45,701 bases of DNA from Pseudomonadota bacterium (GTDB lineage: Bacteria; Pseudomonadota; Gammaproteobacteria; Pseudomonadales; JAXHSS01), in NCBI GenBank assembly GCA_034190675.1, contig JAXHSS010000003.1:1-45701 (forward strand), written 5' to 3'. Below are positions 20,914 through 28,918 of this stretch, one piece after another; position 1 is the first letter of the stretch, and each line of letters starts with the position of its first letter. A program made the translations under genes and the position numbers. A model generated the notes under the pieces. The model did no database searches, was not told the origin of the DNA, and was given only the letters and a program-made list of their open reading frames with translations.

Positions 20914-22350
20914 ATGAAAATGAAGCCATCAAAACTGACTAAAATAGCGGTTGCAGTAAGCAGCTGTCTAGCCCTAATCGCCTGTGACGACGACGACTCT
21001 ACAAATGAAGAGTCATTTTCCGCAGGGGAGCTGCGAGTGATCCATGCCTCTCCCGATGCACCACCAGTTAACGTTCTGCTGAATGGAGATGAAGCCATCG
21101 CTGACCTAGATTACGCACAAAGCACAGGCTTTACACAGCTTAACCCAGGCAGTTATGACATTCAAGTGGAAGGTATTATCCCTGGAGGCAATGCAACTGT
21201 TATCGACGTGCCTGGGTTTGAAATCACCGAAGAGTCCAGCCCCACGGTCTTAGCCGTAAATACGGTATCCAGCATTGAGCCCATTGTGGTGGAAGAGTCC
21301 GCAAGTACCCCCGAAGACAACCAGGTGGCTATTGTTGTGGCTCACGCAGCGCCAGTGGCAGGTGCTGTTGACGTTTACCTGACTGCTCCAGGAGACGATA
21401 TCAGTAGATATTCTCCTGCGTTAAGTTTTGACTTCAAAGGCAGCGTGGACGCTGGAGCACTTGATGCGGGTGAGGTGGAGATCCAGGTGGCCATTGGCGG
21501 CGCGGTGGTCTACAACTCTGGTGCTGTTGACCTCACTGCTTTTGCTGGTCAATCCATCATGATTGTTGCACTTAACAGTGAAAATGAAACCGAGAACAGC
21601 GCGTCTCCCATTAAATTGTTGGTGGCCACAGATGAAATGAGCTTAGAGCTGACGGACGTCGACACAACTGCGGCAGCGCGGGTGGTACATGCGTCACCAG
21701 ATGCGGCGGCGGCCGCGGGCGGTGCGGTGGAAGTGTTTGCCACCAGTGCTGCGTTGGGCACGGATCCAGTGGAATTGATTGATGGTTTCAATTATACCGA
21801 TGTGGTGCCTGCCACCGACAGCTACGTCCCAGTCCCACAGGGCGCCTATACTTTTGACGTGGCCCCCGATACGGACATGATTGGCGATAGCGTATTTACA
21901 TCTGATGACCTGGAGCTCATGGCTGGTGATGAGTACACGGTTATAGCCCTTGGCAGGGTATTGGGCACCCCAGAATTCAGCTTACTGCCTGCGGAAGATG
22001 ACAACCGCGCTATCGCCACCCAGGGTAGTGTGAAGCTGACCCACGCGGCCCCTGCAGCGGGTGATGTGGATGTCTACGTCACCGCTGGAGGTGAATACAC
22101 CACGGCAGATATTGAAGCGGGTATAGTGTCTGAACCCTTGATTGCCGGTTTTGCTTTTGGTGATGCCACCGATTACGTAGCCATTGCCCCTGGGAGTTAT
22201 GACATCCGAGTGGTGGCCGGTGGTAGTGTAGCCATAAATGTGGAAGGGCTAGATGTGATGGGCGGCGATGTGCTGCATGCTATTGCTCGAGGGCCAAGTG
22301 AGCCTTCTGGTTCCATTGCTGACTTCGGTGTGATTCTGTTGAGCAATTAG
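20914..22350 (+). CDS. Lipoprotein with four DUF4397-like repeats
   Basis: The signal peptide has the lipobox LALIAC. Four repeats share the pattern (V/L)(I/V)HA(S/A)PDAP/AAG.VDV...G.YD(I/F).V. GGAG lies upstream of the ATG. Confidence 0.8.
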   Translation: MKMKPSKLTKIAVAVSSCLALIACDDDDSTNEESFSAGELRVIHASPDAPPVNVLLNGDEAIADLDYAQSTGFTQLNPGSYDIQVEGIIPGGNATVIDVPGFEITEESSPTVLAVNTVSSIEPIVVEESASTPEDNQVAIVVAHAAPVAGAVDVYLTAPGDDISRYSPALSFDFKGSVDAGALDAGEVEIQVAIGGAVVYNSGAVDLTAFAGQSIMIVALNSENETENSASPIKLLVATDEMSLELTDVDTTAAARVVHASPDAAAAAGGAVEVFATSAALGTDPVELIDGFNYTDVVPATDSYVPVPQGAYTFDVAPDTDMIGDSVFTSDDLELMAGDEYTVIALGRVLGTPEFSLLPAEDDNRAIATQGSVKLTHAAPAAGDVDVYVTAGGEYTTADIEAGIVSEPLIAGFAFGDATDYVAIAPGSYDIRVVAGGSVAINVEGLDVMGGDVLHAIARGPSEPSGSIADFGVILLSN

Positions 22351-22599
22351 AGTCTAACAGCGTACGTGACGGAGCCTCCCTCCTGGTTGATTGGGGAGGT
22401 TCCCGCGATGGCTGTTTTCAAGCTTAGTGAGAAAAATTCGAAGCGTAGCGCGATCAATAAAAAAACTGCTTAAAAATCTTTTTGGTGCAACTACTGCTTG
22501 TGAGCAGTATGGCCATGAATGGTGTATTGGCAGCCCCTCTTATTCCTGAGGAGGTTCTTGTCAATCAGACGTTGCAGAGGTAATCGAAATTCTTTTGGC

Positions 22600-23175
22600 A
22601 ACGTTACAGCGAGGACCCCAACGCACCGCTCCCCAACTCCCTCATTCTTCTTGTCTACCTCGTTCGCGACGATGATATGCAATCCATTCCTCAGTGGTTG
22701 CATGATAAACCCATGTGAAAGAGCCGAGCCAGACATTATGGCTCCAACCCCATTGTTCATTTGTCCCAAAACGACAACGACACTTTGTTTTTGGTGTTTA
22801 ACGAGCAGCAGGTGACCCGTTTGTCTTTTTTCTTTGGCATTTTGTCTCTAACCCTAGTGCTGCTAGTGATGCATGGAGCGGCGTACGGGATTTACTGGTT
22901 CAGAAACTTGCTGGGGAAATGCGCAATTGCGACGTGAACGGGGCTGCTCCCACGTTGGATTTCAACGATCCCGTGTGGAATGCAGATGAAGAAACCTATT
23001 GGTGGATGCCATTAATGGCTTGATCCAGCGCGTGCAACAACTGGTAGACCGATAGCGAAATTTTACTCGCTACGCCAGCCATGAGCTGCGTACCCCTTTA
23101 ACTGCTGTAAAAGGTTCGGCGGCGAATTTAGAGCGACAAAATCTTGACGTTTTCATAGAAAATCTCCTAGATTAA
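22600..23175 (+). pseudogene. Sensor histidine kinase remnant (TM2, linker and H-box only)
   Basis: A TM segment LSFFFGILSLTLVLLVMHGAAYGIYWF is followed by frameshifts near 22915 and 22990. An in-frame TAG at 23053-23055 sits where Q is expected (LVDR*RNF). The H-box is FTRYASHELRTPLTAVKG (His codon 23080-23082). The frame stops at 23175, about 30 aa later, so there is no ATPase domain. The left boundary is approximate. Confidence 0.65.
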
Positions 23176-23210
23176 ATCATAGTAAATCTTCTACTTAAAA
23201 CTCCTGTTAT

Positions 23211-23411
23211 TTATTGGGGGGGGGGGTACACAAGAATCAAAGCAACTCCTAAAATAACCACAATCGCCACAACCAGATAAAAAACGTTCTGGCTTCCAAA
23301 GTAAGCTATGACCTTATCTTCAAATACATTTTGGATAACTAACGAAAAAAGATAGTCAACTATTCCTACGCTACCTGTGACGCCAATAGCTTTCAACCAA
23401 AAATTTTCCAT
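23211..23411 (-). CDS. Small hydrophobic protein (2 predicted TM helices), function unknown
   Basis: A 66-aa ORF beginning 3 nt after the hsdR stop. It has two hydrophobic stretches. The C-terminal YPPPQ is encoded by the homopolymer tract. Coding status is unproven. Confidence 0.4.
   Translation of the reverse strand: MENFWLKAIGVTGSVGIVDYLFSLVIQNVFEDKVIAYFGSQNVFYLVVAIVVILGVALILVYPPPQ
23216..23226. repeat. Homopolymeric G11 (C11 on coding strand) tract
   Basis: Read directly from the sequence as ttattGGGGGGGGGGGtaca. Confidence 0.95.
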
Positions 23412-23413
23412 AC

Positions 23414-26400
23414 TTACTCCCTACCCAAAACAGAATAGTCTGAGTTTTTTGTTGCAATAAGCAAATGCCTAAAAACAGCATCTGTTTTTTCTTCCACCTC
23501 GTCCGGTGCGAAACTTTCCGGCAAGCCAGTTTTCTCATCCCACAGGAAGTCCTTTATCTTGACTTTAATTTCATCACGAGTGCTCTGCTTGGCAGTAAAA
23601 TTCTGAATCCGGCCTAGCTCTTCCTTTATCGTCCTGTAAAGACCTTCGGCCACTTTTTTAATACGATCAATTTCTTTTTTGGAAAGGTCAGGCTTTAACA
23701 GCAAGTCAAACAGGGCTAAAGACTCTTCGCTTAGACCTTCTTTAACTGCTCGCTGCTCTTCTTCGCTCAGATCATCCACCAGTTTGAGCAAAGCTTCAAA
23801 CGTAGCCTCAATGGTTACGCGGTCTTTTTCGTTGTTATAGTCATTAACGATCTCTTCGTAGTGTCTTTGAAAATCCGTTCGTGTTGGGTTTTTCATGAGC
23901 ATTTTGAGAAGCTTTTTCTCGATGATATCTTTCAAAGATTGAACAGTGGTGTTCTTGGCAGGTGAACGTTCAAATTCTTTTCTTAGTCGCTCAAAATCGA
24001 TCTTGCTGATATCGTAAAGTTTGCTGGGCTCACGAACACCCGTATCAGGCTCAATGCTTCCCTCAATAACAGCGTGAAGTTCGCGCATGATGTCAGAGAT
24101 ATCCGCCTTCTCAACATCCTCTTGCAGGCTCTTGTAGATAATATTGATTGCGTCGTAGGCTGATCGGTAGTTATTTATGGCTTTGATGGTTAAACAAGCC
24201 TTGAACTTTTTGAAAACCTCGCGGCAGATAATTTCAAAGCGCTTGCGGGTTTCATCATTCTGGTTAACGACTTCTTTTGCATCAATAATGGCTTTGTTGC
24301 GCTCAAAGCCTTTTTTCTCCAGTACATCTTCCAATCTGAATTCTTTTGCTGCCAAAAACGCTCTTACTGCTTCAATCGTCTCTTCAAGGTCTGCCAGCAA
24401 TTCTTCTTCCGGTCTTACTGGATCAAGTTCTGGTGGTGGCTGTCCATTTCCACCTTCAACGCCCGTATGACCAGCAAAGGTCGCAAGGGCTTTGCGCAAG
24501 TTTTTCAAGATGCCGCAGTAATCAACGATAAGCCCGTTATTCTTGCCCTCGGCCACGCGGTTTGCGCGGGCGATGGCCTGCATCAAGGTGTGCGCCTTGA
24601 GCGGTTTATCGAGGTAAAGGGTAGACATGGTTGGTACATCAAAGCCAGTGAGCCACATGGCGCATACGATGGCGACACGGAACGGATGCTCTTCCTCCTT
24701 AAAAGCGCTCTCCATATCAATGCGCTTGCCGTCGGGTGTTTCAAAGCCTTCTTTAATCAGCTTACGGTGGGGGGTAATATCAAGTTCCCATTTGCGGAAC
24801 TTATCGACCTCGCCTTGCTCCTCACTAACCACCACGGCCATGATGGTCTCTCGCATCCAGACAAGCTTGCGCTCCATGTCCGCTCTTTTTTCATGAGCAG
24901 GGGCTTGCTCATCAGCCAGCTTGGGCAGCTCCTTTTCAAGCTCAGCAATTTTAGCCTGCCACTTCTCAAGAATAATCTCCTGCATCCGCACACAGGTGAT
25001 CTTATCGATGCAGACCATCATCGCCTTGCCATTCAAGCCACCCACGCTGTAGTGCTCGACAAAATCTTCAGCGATTTGCTCCAGGCGGCTTTGCGCAGTA
25101 ATCAGGTGGTAATCACGCTTTAGCTCACGCTCCAGGCGCTCTGCCACATCCCGATCTTCAATTTCAACTTTTTCCAGCTTGGCTGCGATCTTCTCGTTGA
25201 GATCATTGGTTGCAATGCCAAGCTTTTCACCGCGAGCATCGTAGTAAAGGGGCACAGTGGCTTTATCTTCCACAGCACGTTGAAAGTCATAGGTGGAGAT
25301 ATAATCCCCGAATACGCGGCGGGTGATTTCATAATCCTTGAAGAGCGGCGTTCCGGTAAAACCGATATAGCTGGCATTAGGAAGCGCATTGCGAAAGTTC
25401 AGTGACAAGCGGCCATATTGGGTGCGGTGCGCCTCGTCGGTAATAACGATAATGTCATTCCGATCTGAATAAGGATCGTCGGGATCAACATCTTTATTGA
25501 ATTTCTGCACCAGCGTAAAAACATAAGCCTTATGCTGATTTAACAGCTTTTGTAAATGATCGCCCGACCCAGCACGGCATGGGTCTTGGTCATTATCAAC
25601 AAGGCCGCACCCTGCGAAGGTGTTATAGATTTGTCCATCCAAATCTTCACGGTCAGTACAAATGAGGAAAGTAAAGTTGCCGCCTAATTTACGATGAATC
25701 TTGCGAGCGAAGAAAACAATCGAATAGGACTTACCCGAGCCCTGGGTATGCCAGAAAACACCGAGCTTGCCTTTGCGCTCTTCACGGTTCTTTACCGCTT
25801 CAATAGCGCGGTTGACGCCCAAAAACTGGTGATTACGGGCAATGATTTTGACCAGCTTGCCCTTGCTCTCATCAAACAACGTGTAGTTTTCAAAGAGATC
25901 AAGAAAATCCCGCTTGTTACAGATGCCTTTAAGCAAGGTTTCCATATCCACCACGCCTGGATCGTCTTCGGCTAAACGCTTCCAGTCATTAAAGTGTTCG
26001 AACTTACTGGAGATCGAGCCGATTTTTGCGTCCACGCCATTACCTAAAATCACAAAGGCGTTGTGATGGAAGAGATGCGGAATAGTGTCTTTATAATCGG
26101 AAAGGTTTTGCTCGTAAGCATGACGGATGTCTTTGTGAATGGTCTTGCACTCGATAAACATCAAGGGAAGGCCATTGACAAAACCAACGATGTCGGCACG
26201 GCGGCGGTAGATATCCCCGCGCACCCACAGCTCACGCACGCAAAGAAAGTGGTTGTTTTCGGGATTATCAAAATCAAAGACTCTCAGGCGCTTAAGCTCA
26301 AGCTCACCGTCTTTGTTGCGAAAATGCACCTTTACACCGTTTTTGATTAGCTCATATTGCTCAAAATTGATTTGCAATGTGTTTTCAGTCACAGGCGCTT

Positions 26401-26638
26401 CGGTGATCTGGCGCAAAGCATCCTGATAGGCGGCATCGGGCAGGCCAGGATTAAGCTTGACTAGCGCTTCGCCCAAATAGCGGGTGAGCACAACCTCTTT
26501 ATCAGAGGCCCGGCCAAGCGTGCCTTCCTTGCCAAAGGTCTCGTTGTTATAGGCGTAGATACTTTCCCAGCCAAGCTGCGCTTCCAGATAATCAGCCGTG
26601 GTTTGCTGAACCAATGTATCTTCGTTCAGGGGCGACAT
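23414..26638 (-). CDS. hsdR: Type I restriction endonuclease, R subunit (long, about 1074 aa form)
   Basis: Helicase motif I is WHTQGSGKS and motif II is VITDEAHRTQYG. The N-terminal region is nuclease-like and there is a long helical C-terminal domain. The gene is in an operon with hsdM and hsdS. Confidence 0.95.
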   Translation of the reverse strand: MSPLNEDTLVQQTTADYLEAQLGWESIYAYNNETFGKEGTLGRASDKEVVLTRYLGEALVKLNPGLPDAAYQDALRQITEAPVTENTLQINFEQYELIKNGVKVHFRNKDGELELKRLRVFDFDNPENNHFLCVRELWVRGDIYRRRADIVGFVNGLPLMFIECKTIHKDIRHAYEQNLSDYKDTIPHLFHHNAFVILGNGVDAKIGSISSKFEHFNDWKRLAEDDPGVVDMETLLKGICNKRDFLDLFENYTLFDESKGKLVKIIARNHQFLGVNRAIEAVKNREERKGKLGVFWHTQGSGKSYSIVFFARKIHRKLGGNFTFLICTDREDLDGQIYNTFAGCGLVDNDQDPCRAGSGDHLQKLLNQHKAYVFTLVQKFNKDVDPDDPYSDRNDIIVITDEAHRTQYGRLSLNFRNALPNASYIGFTGTPLFKDYEITRRVFGDYISTYDFQRAVEDKATVPLYYDARGEKLGIATNDLNEKIAAKLEKVEIEDRDVAERLERELKRDYHLITAQSRLEQIAEDFVEHYSVGGLNGKAMMVCIDKITCVRMQEIILEKWQAKIAELEKELPKLADEQAPAHEKRADMERKLVWMRETIMAVVVSEEQGEVDKFRKWELDITPHRKLIKEGFETPDGKRIDMESAFKEEEHPFRVAIVCAMWLTGFDVPTMSTLYLDKPLKAHTLMQAIARANRVAEGKNNGLIVDYCGILKNLRKALATFAGHTGVEGGNGQPPPELDPVRPEEELLADLEETIEAVRAFLAAKEFRLEDVLEKKGFERNKAIIDAKEVVNQNDETRKRFEIICREVFKKFKACLTIKAINNYRSAYDAINIIYKSLQEDVEKADISDIMRELHAVIEGSIEPDTGVREPSKLYDISKIDFERLRKEFERSPAKNTTVQSLKDIIEKKLLKMLMKNPTRTDFQRHYEEIVNDYNNEKDRVTIEATFEALLKLVDDLSEEEQRAVKEGLSEESLALFDLLLKPDLSKKEIDRIKKVAEGLYRTIKEELGRIQNFTAKQSTRDEIKVKIKDFLWDEKTGLPESFAPDEVEEKTDAVFRHLLIATKNSDYSVLGRE

Positions 26639-27636
26639 TAGCCTGCATCCTTTAGCAAAATAAAATGTTCAACCAAGCGGATCATCAGTTCTTTTTGATC
26701 GGGTTTACTCTCGGCCACTAATAAGGCCAAAGCCACCAGGGTATTGTCGTTTATGAGTTGCTCAACGGGCTTAGACAGCATGTGTTGGTGCAGCCGCAAA
26801 TACCACAAAAACAAAAACGAGCCGGTGCGTTTATTGCCATCTGCCAGGGGATGGTTCTTAATAACGAGATACAACAAATTGGCCGCACGACTGGCCACAT
26901 TGGGGTAAAACAGTTCGTCACCAAAACCCTGCTCGATGGTCGCAATGGCCGAGGCCAGGCCATCGCCACGCAGTTGGCCGAACAGTTCGGTGGCTTCGCC
27001 TTTGGCGATCAATTCTTTTTTAAGTTCGGCAACGGCCTTGAGTACATCACCCAATACCAGCGGCTGCATGGCGGCTTGTTTATGCTCGGTCTCGACCAAC
27101 GACTGCTCATCGTAGGCTTGCAGCAGGCTCCAACTGCGGGCGTAATCGCTGATCACCGCCAAGACCGCCGTGCCTTCGTTATTGACCAGCGCCTGATTGC
27201 TGAGTGTTTGGGATAATAGATCCACCGCTTGCTGGAACTCCACACCGCGCTGTTGCAGGCGCTGCTGGTTGAGGGTGTAGCCTTCCAACAAGTGTTGTTT
27301 CAGAGTTTGCGTCGCCCAGATACGAAACTGGGTCGCACGGGAAGAGTTCACCCGATACCCCACGGAAATCACGGCATCCAGATTGTAGTGTTTGCGCTGT
27401 CGCTCCACCTGTCGCTTGCCTTCGGTTTGAACTTGTAAGAAATCCTTACAGGTTGCAGGCTCATCAAGCTCCTGTTCTGAATAGATATTTTTTAAGTGCT
27501 GGGTGATATTTTGCGGTTTGACTGCAAACAGCTCTGCCATCTGGGCTTGAGTCAGCCAAACAGTCTCTTCAGATAGTCGCACGTGTACCTGCGCCTGCCC
27601 ATCTTCCAACTGGTAAATTTCAATTTGTTTATTCAT
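26638..27636 (-). CDS. RhuM-family N-terminal domain fused to Fic/Doc-type domain
   Basis: The N-terminus (WLTQAQMAELF...NITQHLKNIY...AVISVGYRVNSSRATQFRIWATQTLK) is typical of RhuM. The C-terminus carries the Fic/Doc active-site-like motif HPLADGNKRTGSF. Its stop overlaps the hsdR start (TAATG). Confidence 0.8.
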   Translation of the reverse strand: MNKQIEIYQLEDGQAQVHVRLSEETVWLTQAQMAELFAVKPQNITQHLKNIYSEQELDEPATCKDFLQVQTEGKRQVERQRKHYNLDAVISVGYRVNSSRATQFRIWATQTLKQHLLEGYTLNQQRLQQRGVEFQQAVDLLSQTLSNQALVNNEGTAVLAVISDYARSWSLLQAYDEQSLVETEHKQAAMQPLVLGDVLKAVAELKKELIAKGEATELFGQLRGDGLASAIATIEQGFGDELFYPNVASRAANLLYLVIKNHPLADGNKRTGSFLFLWYLRLHQHMLSKPVEQLINDNTLVALALLVAESKPDQKELMIRLVEHFILLKDAG

Positions 27637-27679
27637 GCTTAATCAGCCTGAACCCGCGTATCTTCATTGAGCGGTGCCA

Positions 27680-28918
27680 TCATACTGCAATCTCCCCGTT
27701 CATGAGTTTAGGAAGAAGGAGATCACGGGCTTGTGTAAGCCTGAAGATTTGATCAACTAAATTGAGACGTAATGTAAACAGGTTTTCCGTTTCATCCAGG
27801 AATGTGTTTAGTAATGTCTCTGGGGGAATAGGAAGTTCAATAGATTCAATCTGTTTGGCACTGATGTTTGGCTGCGCAGCTCCACCAGCCAAATTTAAAA
27901 TTGAAGACTGAGCCTTTTCTGAATTGAAAAAAGACAATAGTAGTGGCGTTACATCTCTGCCGATTTTTGTCTCAAACTTCCCAACCCGTTGATTTAGATA
28001 AAATGACCGCTCACTTGTAGGCATCAAGCCAACTTTACCAACTGTAGCTCCGGTCATAGCTATCAGCATATCTCCGGCAGACAATTTGAACTTGGCCGCT
28101 TTCTCTGCAACATTATCGTCAACGCACTGACAACCCGAAACATCAACAGTATTAGTACTTGTTATATTTTTAATTTTGATTACTGGGTTTCCTTCTTCGA
28201 GCCAATCCTTACTTTTAAAGGCATAGCCTGAAAACACTTTAGCAGTGTCTCCGACGCACCCAGCCGTCCACCCCTCCGGCACGCCATCAATAATTTTAAC
28301 ATGCTCATGGCCGGGGAAGCGGAAACGTACAAACCATTCTTTGTAAAGCTGCCGCGCTGATTCCTCCAGCAACTCAATCCGCCGCTTGTTGTTTTCGATA
28401 AGGTCGTCATAAGCTCCAATTACACCAACGATACGATTTTGGCTTTCTAAGTCAGGCACGTTGACTTTGAATCCTTTCAGCATCGTTAAGTTTATGTTCG
28501 GTTGTGCCGCCTGTCCTCCGCCAATGCCTTGGCACATTGCAAAGGTGCTGGGATTCTTGAAATGGTAGTAAATATAACGAGGATTAGCTTCTTCCTTTTT
28601 AACCCTAGCAATGCCAACTGCTTGGTTGGTGTTTGCAGGAACATCCGAAGGTCTAACATATCCACATTTACCAACGTTAGCCCCTGCAATAGTTACGAGC
28701 ACATCATGTTGCTGAAGCTTTGAACGCTTTAATTTTTCGTGGGTTTCGTCATCGATAAACGTAAAACCACTTCGATCAAGAGTGACATCCCCGTTGAGAG
28801 CCTCAGCTTTAACAAAGTTTATACCTTCGTCAGTGAATGGCATTCCATAAGTAGATGGCGTAGTCCCTTTTGTAACCACTTCGGTTATGTCATCAATACT
28901 TTTGACGCACCAACTCAT
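27680..28918 (-). CDS. hsdS: Type I R-M specificity subunit (two target recognition domains)
   Basis: The central conserved helix is NNKRRIELLEESARQLYKEWFVRFRFPGHE and the C-terminal conserved helix is RLTQARDLLLPKLMNGEI. The start overlaps the hsdM stop by 4 nt. Confidence 0.9.
   Translation of the reverse strand: MSWCVKSIDDITEVVTKGTTPSTYGMPFTDEGINFVKAEALNGDVTLDRSGFTFIDDETHEKLKRSKLQQHDVLVTIAGANVGKCGYVRPSDVPANTNQAVGIARVKKEEANPRYIYYHFKNPSTFAMCQGIGGGQAAQPNINLTMLKGFKVNVPDLESQNRIVGVIGAYDDLIENNKRRIELLEESARQLYKEWFVRFRFPGHEHVKIIDGVPEGWTAGCVGDTAKVFSGYAFKSKDWLEEGNPVIKIKNITSTNTVDVSGCQCVDDNVAEKAAKFKLSAGDMLIAMTGATVGKVGLMPTSERSFYLNQRVGKFETKIGRDVTPLLLSFFNSEKAQSSILNLAGGAAQPNISAKQIESIELPIPPETLLNTFLDETENLFTLRLNLVDQIFRLTQARDLLLPKLMNGEIAV

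Noticed and set aside
20814-21098. A 94-aa minus-strand ORF overlapping the start of the DUF4397 lipoprotein gene, and the plus-strand ORFs at 20588-20849.
   Set aside because: They lie antisense to, or in alternate frames of, the lipoprotein gene and the SDR pseudogene. They show no motifs and have no RBS.
22491-22815. ORFs 22491-22769 (minus strand, 92 aa) and 22519-22815 (plus strand, 98 aa).
   Set aside because: They lie within the decayed histidine-kinase region. Their translations show no family motifs, and other frames of the same DNA carry kinase sensor/TM-like remnants.
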